Of a stretch of DNA of 64,000 nt, positions 18,302-26,373 are shown piece by piece (position 1 is the first letter of the stretch; every line of letters begins with the position of its first letter). The position numbers and the translations under genes were made by a program. The notes under the pieces are model-generated. The model was not told the DNA's origin. It worked only from the letters and a program-made list of their open reading frames with translations, and did not search any database. Source of the DNA: Saccharofermentans sp. GTDB lineage: Bacteria; Bacillota; Clostridia; Saccharofermentanales; Saccharofermentanaceae. Location of the stretch: positions 7,317-71,316 of the forward strand of contig JAZROA010000010.1 of the NCBI GenBank assembly GCA_045648465.1. Direction: 5' to 3'.

Positions 18302-20290
18302 TTAATGCCATCTCGAAATTCTGTTTTCGGGAGGTATGTACATGCCGTCACCTTCCTGAACATCATATACATCGTAGAAACAATCGGTCGTTGAAAGGAT
18401 GGCGTTAACTCTTATGACTTCAGGGCTGTGCACGTCAGATGACAGCTGGCCGATGATAACAACGTCAATGCTCATACGGCAATATGAAGCAGCGTAGCTC
18501 TTAAAGATCTTCTCAAGATCTTCATTTGAATGTGCAAGAGTGACGATACATTCCATACCGCTCAAGTCTGCGAAGTTCTCACCAAGAGTCAGTTCACCGT
18601 CAACATGGTAGATACCGAATACGGTAAAGTTATCTTCAAAATATCTGACCGCCTTTTCATTACGTTCGAGAAGTGCTTCCATGTCTTCGTCAGCGATCCA
18701 TTCAGGATTATAAACACCGTTCTGATCGAAAACGATACAGTTGCTGTCGAATGCATGTCCCATCTCATGAGCAATGGTTGCTCCGAGATTTCCCAGATTG
18801 GTGTAATAATCGCCGTTAACGTCGAAGAAAGAATCGCCTGCGATAGCAACCGTTATGGTTATATTGTTTTGTGTCGCTGAGTAGCACGCATTAACAGTCT
18901 GCATTTTCATTTCCACTCCATAACGGTCAACGGGCCGGGAAAGACTTGCTATTCCGTCTGCAATGCCTGCTCTGATATATCCCATATAGAATTCATAGAA
19001 ATTGCCGCCGATACCCGCATACTTGGAAGTATCGTGTCTCTTAAGATCTGTTCCGGTAACGTAAACAATGTTATCGAGTTTTTCGATGAGGCCTTTTCTT
19101 GTAGGCTCAGTAAGCCATGTTGCATCCGAGATCAGGGCCCTGTAACCTTCCCTTATGTCATCACACATTGATCGGAGAGCATCGTCGGTCTCCTTCGAAT
19201 AATACCTCTCAACATAAAGAGGATCTGTCTCATTCTTAAGATTGGAAATTATCTCATTTACTGCCAGCTCTTCAACCGGCTTATAGCTGTCGTAGACATA
19301 TCCTGCAAGGCTGTCATAACTGGGAGCAATGAATCTCATGTAACTGCTGTAGATCTTGTGGATCTCCAGGGCTTTTAAAGCATCGAGTTTATCTTCAACC
19401 ATCAGCGAATTCATGCAGATCAGCTGGTCTTTATTGTAGCATCCGAATCTGTCACAAAAGTTTGGATCAAAACCAATGGCTTTAAAATATTCCTGAATGT
19501 CAACATTGGTGAATATACTGTTTAATTCGTCACCGGATAAGATGATCGTGTCAGTTACATCATAAGAGTCCTGTGCTGTTTTTGAACCTGATGCTCCATA
19601 AACACTAAGCACAAGATTTGCAAGTTCCTTTCCGTATTCAGAAGAAGTATCCACATCGTATCCTAAGGTCTGCATGTAAACTCTTGTGTCTGATACCAGC
19701 CCGGTCAGTGCTGAGTTACCGTCAGCCAGTGAATCGAAACTGACATCACACATACTTACAAAAGGATAAAAAGTAAGTATGCGTCTTCCGGATATGTAAA
19801 CATCTTCGCTGGCAGACAAAGAGAAGAAACCTGAGATTCCAAAATCACGGTAGAGCTTTGCATCTGTCATAAGAAGCTCATCAGCTGTCTTTGCATTCAT
19901 TACTTCATCAATAACATTTTGAAGATCTTCAGGGACCGGCTCGCTGTCAAAATCATAGCTTATGAAAGTGTTATAAGCAGTCTGGATAATGTATTCCTCA
20001 CTGCCCTTTTCATAACCTGAACCTGCGGCTACGTCCTTGACGATGTTTTCGAGTCTTTCGACAATAAGACTGTCATCGAATGCGTCGGCAGCGAATGCTG
20101 AACCGTACTCAAATTCAGCGTTATCGAGCTTATCCCTGTTGGCATAGTAGTAGAAATCGTCCTGGGGACGTCCTGACATCCACTTTGCAGTCTCTGAAGG
20201 TTCAACTGTACCAACGTCTGATGGTGTACAGCCGGATATCAGAGATGCTGTCATTGCACAGATCAAAGCAGCTCCAATCAACTTCTTCAT
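18302..20290 (-). CDS. M13-family zinc metalloendopeptidase (PepO/neprilysin-like) lipoprotein
   Basis: Lipobox LISGC, HEMGHAFD (HExxH), and ENFADLSG (the ENxADxGG-type motif of M13). Confidence 0.85.
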   Translation of the reverse strand: MKKLIGAALICAMTASLISGCTPSDVGTVEPSETAKWMSGRPQDDFYYYANRDKLDNAEFEYGSAFAADAFDDSLIVERLENIVKDVAAGSGYEKGSEEYIIQTAYNTFISYDFDSEPVPEDLQNVIDEVMNAKTADELLMTDAKLYRDFGISGFFSLSASEDVYISGRRILTFYPFVSMCDVSFDSLADGNSALTGLVSDTRVYMQTLGYDVDTSSEYGKELANLVLSVYGASGSKTAQDSYDVTDTIILSGDELNSIFTNVDIQEYFKAIGFDPNFCDRFGCYNKDQLICMNSLMVEDKLDALKALEIHKIYSSYMRFIAPSYDSLAGYVYDSYKPVEELAVNEIISNLKNETDPLYVERYYSKETDDALRSMCDDIREGYRALISDATWLTEPTRKGLIEKLDNIVYVTGTDLKRHDTSKYAGIGGNFYEFYMGYIRAGIADGIASLSRPVDRYGVEMKMQTVNACYSATQNNITITVAIAGDSFFDVNGDYYTNLGNLGATIAHEMGHAFDSNCIVFDQNGVYNPEWIADEDMEALLERNEKAVRYFEDNFTVFGIYHVDGELTLGENFADLSGMECIVTLAHSNEDLEKIFKSYAASYCRMSIDVVIIGQLSSDVHSPEVIRVNAILSTTDCFYDVYDVQEGDGMYIPPENRISRWH

Positions 20291-20324
20291 GGATTATCTC
20301 CTTCTTGGGTTTTATATGTTCTGT

Positions 20325-20389
20325 ATGCTATCACATACAAAAGCAGTCACCTTTTTTTGTGGTGAATTGCGCTTATAAAGTGGTGATTT
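20325..20389 (-). promoter_or_regulatory. Candidate LytTR box plus -10 for the M13 peptidase/ABC operon
   Basis: Minus-strand read: AAATCACCAC-N11-AATTCACCAC-N28-TAGCAT. The same architecture occurs at three other promoters. Confidence 0.65.
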
Positions 20390-20409
20390 GCAAAATTACC
20401 GGGCCGGAA

Positions 20410-21780
20410 TCAAATAACAACTTCAGCTCTGAAGAGGAATCCGAATGGCTTTTCTTCGCAGGATACGGACAATTCTCCGCCACAGTCTTCCGCAGCACTT
20501 CTGATGTTGGAAATACCGAAGCCGTGATTCTTTTTATCGGATTTGCTTGTGACTATCTTGCCGTCTTTGATATCAGGCTTCTCGGAACAGGGATTGGTAA
20601 CAGAGATCATGAAGAAGTTCTCCGTGTGCTTAAATTGGAGATCGATCACTTTGTATTCGGGAGCCAGGTCCTTGAGGCCCGGAGCAGCGGCAGCTTCGAT
20701 CGCATTATCAAGAAGGTTTCCGAGCATCTTGCACATGTTTACGGGAGAGATCTCAACACCTGATATCGCACCGGTGACATCCAATTTAAGACCTGCTGCC
20801 GAAGCACGCTTCTTCTTATCTGTGATTATCGCGTCGGCAATTACATCGCCGGTGTGGCTGCTGACGTTCGTGCCCGCCAGGCCTTCGCTCATCTCTTCGA
20901 GATACTCCTGCATTTTATCGTATTCCTTATTTGCCAGAAGGAGCATCAGGACCTGCACGTTGTTACGCATGTCATGACGCATCGCACGAATCTCGGAATC
21001 AGCCTTGGCAGATGCTTCGAAAAATTTAGTCTGCGAATCCACCAGTTCCTCGTTGATCTTGTTCAGCTGTTTAAGTCCGTCACGTTCTTTTCTGGTAACG
21101 CGCAGGAAGAAGAACAGCCATACCGTTATGAGGATCAGTATGAGCAATACCTGCTTTGCCGTCTCATTTGCGACGACAACGGCATCAGTTATTGTGTCAT
21201 CAGCGAAAAATGCATTGACCAGGATCAGGAACAGGCATACAACACCCAGTACCGGAAGGGGCAGCGGAGTATTGTCGTTTTTCTGCCTGGCCTTTGCGAT
21301 CGGGAACAGGAAAAGGAAATCCGCCACTGCCGTAATGATCTCCATGATCAAAGCCGCAATGACCAGTCGTCCTTCATCTTCCAGATCAAAACGGTTGAGG
21401 ACCTGGAGCATGATCGCCTCAACAATATGATTTACGCTTCCTATTATCTCAGTCGACAAAAAGAGTGCGAGGAATCTTCTCCAGACCTTGCCCTTGAGCA
21501 TGAACAATAAGACGAAGAAGTGGACTATCAGACCCGCGAGCCTTATGACATCGTATGCTCCGATCGTTAATCCGTCGAGGTCAAGAAAATCCTCCTTGAT
21601 CAGATATGCTCCGGCTTCTGCCAGAATAACCGTTATCCCTGCTATTACAATTGATGTTATATAAGCAGTTTTCCTGTTCTTGAAGTCGTATTTGAACGCA
21701 CCTTCCACGGCATAAGTGGTCGCCATGATTATCGCCAGCGGATTGATCGTGTAAACCAGAAACTTCATTACTTCGATCAT
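20410..21780 (-). CDS. AgrC/ComD-like (HPK10) sensor histidine kinase, multi-TM with GHKL ATPase
   Basis: Six to seven N-terminal TM helices, H-box EIRAMRHDMRNN, N-box GNLLDNAIEA and G-box NHGFGISNI. Its start overlaps the response regulator stop by 4 nt. Confidence 0.85.
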   Translation of the reverse strand: MIEVMKFLVYTINPLAIIMATTYAVEGAFKYDFKNRKTAYITSIVIAGITVILAEAGAYLIKEDFLDLDGLTIGAYDVIRLAGLIVHFFVLLFMLKGKVWRRFLALFLSTEIIGSVNHIVEAIMLQVLNRFDLEDEGRLVIAALIMEIITAVADFLFLFPIAKARQKNDNTPLPLPVLGVVCLFLILVNAFFADDTITDAVVVANETAKQVLLILILITVWLFFFLRVTRKERDGLKQLNKINEELVDSQTKFFEASAKADSEIRAMRHDMRNNVQVLMLLLANKEYDKMQEYLEEMSEGLAGTNVSSHTGDVIADAIITDKKKRASAAGLKLDVTGAISGVEISPVNMCKMLGNLLDNAIEAAAAPGLKDLAPEYKVIDLQFKHTENFFMISVTNPCSEKPDIKDGKIVTSKSDKKNHGFGISNIRSAAEDCGGELSVSCEEKPFGFLFRAEVVI

Positions 21781-22487
21781 CTGCCTGCTCTCCTGACGTA
21801 CTCAAAAAGCCTCTTCTTTGCATCTGCCGCGCTGCCTCTTGCCACCGGCAGGATATCGCCGTTATCCATTGCGACATCGTTGCTTCCGAGCTTTTTGACA
21901 TGAGCAAGGTTCACATAGTAGGATCTGTGGCACTTGCAGAAATCCTTGCTTATCCCATCGACCATTTCAGCCGCCTGGGCGAATTTCATGCGCATCTCAA
22001 CGGAATCTTTCCTGAAGACAAAACGCACAGAATTATTAGACGCTTCAATATATATGAGATCGCCGATCCCATAGATGATCTCTTCACCGTCTTTTTTGAG
22101 GATTATCTTCTCTTCAACCTTGAGTTTCTTCTCAAGTTCGGTCAGAGTCTCCAAGAGCTTGTCCTTCTTTACGGGCTTGCTCAAAAACCTGAGCGCATCA
22201 ACCTCATAACCTTCCAGGGCCATTTCCGTGTGGCTCGTAAGGAAGATTATCGGGATGTCTTTTGAATATTGGCGGATGACCTTGGCCGTGGACATGCCGT
22301 CCAATTCCTTCATCTCAATATCAAGGAATACCGCATCCGGTACAAAACCGTTCTCAAAGCTCTTTACGATCTCGCTGCCGTCGGAATAGAGATAACAACT
22401 GACAGTCTCCGTGCCGTAAACTGCATAGATCAGTTCAGCGACGTGGTTCCTGTATACACTCTCATCGTCAACTATTGCTAGCCTCAT
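21777..22487 (-). CDS. LytTR-family response regulator
   Basis: REC domain (IVDDE, LDIEM, LTSH) followed by a LytTR domain (HRSYYVNLAHV). Confidence 0.9.
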   Translation of the reverse strand: MRLAIVDDESVYRNHVAELIYAVYGTETVSCYLYSDGSEIVKSFENGFVPDAVFLDIEMKELDGMSTAKVIRQYSKDIPIIFLTSHTEMALEGYEVDALRFLSKPVKKDKLLETLTELEKKLKVEEKIILKKDGEEIIYGIGDLIYIEASNNSVRFVFRKDSVEMRMKFAQAAEMVDGISKDFCKCHRSYYVNLAHVKKLGSNDVAMDNGDILPVARGSAADAKKRLFEYVRRAGR

Positions 22488-22620
22488 GGGATCCTCCGGC
22501 AGAATTTTGAAAAGGAGCCGCCTATTACGTCAGCTCCTTACATTTTAATATATTATCCTACTCGGGCAATAGAATTTTACTTATCGTGTGGCCCTGAAGA
22601 AGGAGACGATTTGTTTTCTA

Positions 22621-23622
22621 TTAATCAAAGGCCGAATTCATTGCCATCGAGACACATGTCATGGTCGCTACCTCTTCTGCAACGATCGAGGCAAGTGCGC
22701 TGCTAATAACTGCGCTGTTAACGGCTTTGTTGTAGATCTGGTCATCACTGCCGGAGAGCATATCGGCTACGAAGATCGCTGCGAACATAAGGCGCTCACG
22801 CTTTTGGAGTGTCCAGTTCCCGAAGCCCTTCTCTCTTCCCAGATACTCCTCTGTCTCTATGACCATATCAACAAGTTCATCCATGTCGATATCAAGTTCA
22901 GCAAGAGCTCCCAGTGATGAGAATTCATAATAACTGCCGTATCTGGCACCATGTTCCTTAAATGTCGTAAAGAGCTCTGCTGACTTATCGCACTTCTCTC
23001 TCAGGTTGCCGCCGGAGATAACGAGCAGTTCGCTCAATCCCTGGATGGCATTTGCATCAGCCTTGACCTTGAGTTCTTTCTTGAGATATACGTAGCACTC
23101 TTCGATCTCATCGACTAATGCGTCGTCATCTTTCTCGCTCAGAGCAAGAAGAACTGCAAAAGCTATATCGCTCTCATCAGACAGGAGCGGGTGCTTTTTG
23201 CTGAGCTTATCAACGATACTCTCCATGCGCTTTGCGATATTTGCCGCTTCGTTCATCAGGCCGAGATCGACGATCGTCATGGCGGAGAGCACCATGCAGT
23301 TATATTCAATGATCCTCTTTCCTCTTATTGTCTTATAAACAGCAAGTACATCATCAATATATTTCTCGGGGTCTGTCTGGATCGACATCTTTGTCAGTAC
23401 GGCGAGTTCAACAGTAACTCTGAACGAAGACAGGATACTTGTTTTGGAAGCCAGTATCTTCCTTGCTTCCTTTATCTTCTCAATATCAGCTCTGCGGTTT
23501 GAATTCGTCAGGATAAGGCTTGATACCATGCAGTTAAGTCCGTATTCAAACATAAATGCATCTCCTACTGCCTGTCTGTTCTGAATGAATAAATCGATTT
23601 TGCTCTTAAGATTCGAGTCCAT
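22621..23622 (-). CDS. Hypothetical all-helical soluble protein (333 aa; possibly DUF4003-like)
   Basis: Clean ORF with an RBS. The family name comes from weak memory only. Confidence 0.5.
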   Translation of the reverse strand: MDSNLKSKIDLFIQNRQAVGDAFMFEYGLNCMVSSLILTNSNRRADIEKIKEARKILASKTSILSSFRVTVELAVLTKMSIQTDPEKYIDDVLAVYKTIRGKRIIEYNCMVLSAMTIVDLGLMNEAANIAKRMESIVDKLSKKHPLLSDESDIAFAVLLALSEKDDDALVDEIEECYVYLKKELKVKADANAIQGLSELLVISGGNLREKCDKSAELFTTFKEHGARYGSYYEFSSLGALAELDIDMDELVDMVIETEEYLGREKGFGNWTLQKRERLMFAAIFVADMLSGSDDQIYNKAVNSAVISSALASIVAEEVATMTCVSMAMNSAFD

Positions 23623-23660
23623 ATTGGTCCAGCTCCTTTTTGAGGTTTTCTATGGCATGG

Positions 23661-23725
23661 ATATTAGCATTCGAATCAGTCTATACCGGATTTTGTGGTG
23701 AATTGCAGTTTTTGAGTGGCGAGTT
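23661..23725 (-). promoter_or_regulatory. Candidate LytTR box plus -10 for gene 22621-23622
   Basis: Minus-strand read: AACTCGCCAC-N11-AATTCACCAC-N28-TAATAT. Confidence 0.65.
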
Positions 23726-23749
23726 GTCCGGCTGAAAAAAAGGAAATAC

Positions 23750-23815
23750 AATTTACCACTCTTATCATGCATTTCACCACAAAAAACCCAGCGGACTGAT
23801 TACAGATGATACTAT
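23750..23815 (+). promoter_or_regulatory. Candidate LytTR box plus -10 for gene 23859-24176
   Basis: AATTTACCAC-N11-ATTTCACCAC-N29-TACTAT. Confidence 0.65.
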
Positions 23816-23858
23816 CCGCTTATCAAAAGCAAAGCGAAATTAGCGGAGGAAAAAGATT

Positions 23859-24176
23859 ATGAAGACCAACGTTATTACTGAATCAAAGAACATCACGAAG
23901 AAAAACGCAGCTATGTTACTTGTAGGATTCCTTACACCAGTTATTCTGTTCTCAAGCCTTACAGTTTCATTGATGAACTCAGGCTCTGCTGCAGTAAAAG
24001 AAAAGACCGCACAGAAATATGCGGTCAACAAAGTATATCTCACAGATGAAATGTGCATTTCACCGAAGGCCTATATTTATAAGCAGGACGGAACCGATGA
24101 AGAGATTACGATAACTTTTGACAATGACAGTATCCGCTTAAGAGATGCTCTTCTTCCTACTATCGGCAGATTCTGA
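23859..24176 (+). CDS. Small membrane-anchored protein (105 aa, hypothetical)
   Basis: GGAGG RBS, one N-terminal TM helix, and a strong terminator downstream. Confidence 0.55.
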   Translation: MKTNVITESKNITKKNAAMLLVGFLTPVILFSSLTVSLMNSGSAAVKEKTAQKYAVNKVYLTDEMCISPKAYIYKQDGTDEEITITFDNDSIRLRDALLPTIGRF

Positions 24177-24240
24177 TAGTTTGATCAATGAACTTGACCG
24201 GAACACAGCCGGAATAATCTCTCATCATAAAAGCCTTCGA

Positions 24241-24284
24241 AGAGACTGTCTCAAAATGGGTGAGACAGTCTCTGTTTATTTATT
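24241..24284 (+). terminator. Rho-independent terminator
   Basis: AGAGACTGTCTC-N9-GAGACAGTCTCT followed by a T-rich tract. Confidence 0.8.
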
Positions 24285-24361
24285 ATAAATCAAGATTGGA
24301 TCAGAGGTTTGCCCGCAGATTTTAGAAAATTCGCAGCAGCAAGGCATTTTCAGATTTAGAT

Positions 24362-24470
24362 AATCACAGTAAAAGTCACAGTACACTATGACGGCTACTG
24401 TGATTTTTTCGAGCCTTTATACAAAATCACACTAATAGTCACAGTGCACTATGACAGTTACTGTGATTTT
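24362..24470 (+). repeat. Two tandem ~48 nt word-hairpin units (61 nt period)
   Basis: AATCACAGTAAAAGTCACAGTACACTATGACGGCTACTGTGATTTTTT and AATCACACTAATAGTCACAGTGCACTATGACAGTTACTGTGATTTTT. Confidence 0.85.
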
Positions 24471-24568
24471 TCGCGATGGATACCAGGACGCGTCTCATGT
24501 TTGCTGTCTGATCAGTAAGGAATAAAGAAGCACTCCCTTGGGATTATCCGGGGAGTGTTTTTAATAGA

Positions 24569-24599
24569 GAAAAGCCCCGGCTTGTGACCGGAGCTTTTC
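24569..24599 (-). terminator. Probable terminator of the M48 peptidase gene
   Basis: AAAAGCTCCGG-N6-CCGGGGCTTTT on the minus strand, with one mismatch in the stem. Confidence 0.5.
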
Positions 24600-24623
24600 C
24601 CATTGTGTAATAGGGGATAGGAA

Positions 24624-25601
24624 TTACAAAAGCCTTCCACTTTTATGGGTCGGATCAAGGATGGCCTTTGTTCTAAGCGGATTAATAGGGTGACTTGCGG
24701 TCAGGTTAGTAACGAATCTTGCGAATTTCTCGATGAAATTCTTGTCCTTGTTTACATATGACATATAGTTGTCGACATTAACGTACTTATAGACATGTCT
24801 TCCTGCAGAGAGGAACATCATTGTCTCAGCACCACACTTATTGTCTGTAAGAACCTGTGCAACGCGGTCACAAGAGTATTCTCTTGCACGCTGCAGGAGA
24901 GGTCCCATAAATTTTTGGCCGAAAATGGGGATTATGTTTGCAAGATTTGCGAAGAAATTATAGTGGAGTTTAGTGTGCTTATAATACAGATGACCGAACT
25001 CATGTCCCATTATGAAGCTAATCGTATCAAGATCTTTGTGCTCCAGATACAGCAGTTCGATTATTTCTGCGTTCAAATGCACATAGTCTTTGCCGGGAAC
25101 CCAGGATGCATATGCATTGATAGTGCCGTTCATCTGTTCAACATAAACTTCAGGTTCCTTCTTGAAGCCGAGAAGCTTTGAGAACTCTTTGACTTTCGCG
25201 TAGATCTCAGGGAAATTCTCTTCGGAAACCCTGATGCCGTAAGCCATGTTGCTTGCGTATCCCTTGTAGTATTCAATGAGGCTCAGGATGATGAGATAGC
25301 AGACGAAACCGATTGCACCGATCGAAGCAAATACTGCTATGAAACCAATAAGGAATGCTGAGAATTCAGGACTTGTTTCCGTAATCTCCGCATTCTCGAG
25401 ACCTTCCTTGATCAGATCAACGATTCCGTATTCGCCGAATAAAACGATACCTGCGATACATAAGAAAACCGGTCCGATAATTGAATTGATCACAAAGAGC
25501 GGTAACTCTGCCTTGTGGCGGCGGTTTCTTATTTCTTTTTGTACCGACTCAGGTGTTCTGACTGTCTGTTCACTCATAACTTGTTCCTCCAATTTTGACA
25601 C
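24624..25601 (-). CDS. M48-family (HtpX/Ste24-like) membrane zinc metallopeptidase
   Basis: Two to three TM helices, then HEFGHLYYKH (HExxH) and a downstream acidic ligand region. Confidence 0.8.
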   Translation of the reverse strand: MSKLEEQVMSEQTVRTPESVQKEIRNRRHKAELPLFVINSIIGPVFLCIAGIVLFGEYGIVDLIKEGLENAEITETSPEFSAFLIGFIAVFASIGAIGFVCYLIILSLIEYYKGYASNMAYGIRVSEENFPEIYAKVKEFSKLLGFKKEPEVYVEQMNGTINAYASWVPGKDYVHLNAEIIELLYLEHKDLDTISFIMGHEFGHLYYKHTKLHYNFFANLANIIPIFGQKFMGPLLQRAREYSCDRVAQVLTDNKCGAETMMFLSAGRHVYKYVNVDNYMSYVNKDKNFIEKFARFVTNLTASHPINPLRTKAILDPTHKSGRLL

Positions 25602-25622
25602 AATGTTTTGTTGAATGAGGCT

Positions 25623-25687
25623 AGGTTATCATCGCGAAAGACGTTTTGCGGATTTTGTGGTGAATTGACAGTGTAGCGTGGTGAAAT
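25623..25687 (-). promoter_or_regulatory. Candidate LytTR box plus -10 for the M48 peptidase gene
   Basis: Minus-strand read: ATTTCACCAC-N11-AATTCACCAC-N28-TAACCT. Confidence 0.65.
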
Positions 25688-25742
25688 GAATGATATCAGT
25701 TTGTTTGGCTGGCATGACGGGATTAGGGGGAGCAGAAGCATC

Positions 25743-25825
25743 TGCTATAATATCCCCGTTCAATTCATAGTTAACGGAGTTTTTTATACATGATTAAAGT
25801 TTTAATGGTATGTCACGGCAGTATT
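25743..25825 (+). repeat. Direct repeat A: copy of the LMW-PTP promoter plus first 12 codons (orphan stub MIKVLMVCHGSIN*)
   Basis: Differs from 32072-32152 at four sites (three substitutions and a 2 nt T-run indel). Includes TATAAT, the RBS and the ATG at 25790. Confidence 0.9.
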
Positions 25826-25979
25826 AATTGAGCCTGAGAGACAAGACTGCAAGCCCTTATTTTCACGCGTTTTGAGGGGATTAAGGTTCATAACTGTACC
25901 TTATTTGTACCTTTGAAATTTTCAAAAAATGTGTTGACCACACATATAAGTTTCTACTATGCCAATCCCGATACGATAA

Positions 25980-26012
25980 ATACCGCAAGATATGGATCCT
26001 GCGGTATTTTTT
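25980..26012. terminator. Hairpin plus T-run, probable terminator downstream of the arsR-permease-thioredoxin-like operon (also works on the plus strand)
   Basis: TACCGCA-N12-TGCGGTA, flanked by an A-rich tract (AAA) upstream and TTTTTT downstream. Confidence 0.5.
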
Positions 26013-26128
26013 ATTTTATAAACAGAACATTAGATAGTTGTTCGTATCGATGGTCATCGGGCACTAAAACCAAGTATCAACTAACGAGCTTGGTATATTA
26101 AATTGATTTTCTCTTCAAGTAGTATATT

Positions 26129-26359
26129 TCAAAGCAATAGTTTTTCGATTTCTTTTGCATTGAGTACCCGGCCTGATGATACGATCTTATCGTCGATCAT
26201 CAGTGCGGGCATGCTCATTATTCCGTAATTCATTATCTTCTCCAGATCTGTAATATACTCAATGTCTGCCGATAAATTATTATTTGCGACTACTTCTTTT
26301 ACCTCCTTGAGAAGTGTCTCGCAGCTTCTGCAGCCTCCTCCTAATACTTTAATGTTCAT
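26129..26359 (-). CDS. Thioredoxin-fold redox-active disulfide protein 2 family
   Basis: 76 aa with MNIKVLGGGCRSCE (a CxxC right after the GGG). Confidence 0.75.
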   Translation of the reverse strand: MNIKVLGGGCRSCETLLKEVKEVVANNNLSADIEYITDLEKIMNYGIMSMPALMIDDKIVSSGRVLNAKEIEKLLL

Positions 26360-26373
26360 AATTAATTCCTCCT

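Noticed and set aside
20080-20763. 227 aa plus-strand ORF, and many similar antisense ORFs (e.g. 20854-21510, 56087-56578, 61778-62470, 46673-47155, 53325-53828)
   Set aside because: Each lies entirely antisense inside a long gene with strong family motifs. They have no RBS and a biased, low-complexity composition.
22488-22620. A fifth CACCAC box directly upstream of the response-regulator gene
   Set aside because: No paired CACCAC repeat is present there. Only a weak hairpin and AT-rich sequence are seen, so any autoregulation would have to come from read-through from the upstream box.
23859-24176. The small ORF as an AgrD-like autoinducing peptide precursor
   Set aside because: At 105 aa, with an N-terminal membrane anchor, no AgrB-like processing gene and no amphipathic-leader/Cys-containing core pattern, it does not resemble known LytTR-system pheromones.
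24362-24470. CRISPR array
   Set aside because: There are only two units at each repeat locus (here and at 62688-62800), the spacers are ~15 nt, and no cas genes are present. This is not a CRISPR array.
25913-26101. 62 aa ORF, and a possible sRNA (TTGACC-15 nt-TACTAT at 25934-25960 followed by the hairpin at 25980-26012)
   Set aside because: The ORF has no RBS and lies in element-end DNA. The promoter-like hexamers have a suboptimal 15 nt spacing. The hairpin is adequately explained as the terminator of the minus-strand arsR operon. I keep it only as a weak possibility.
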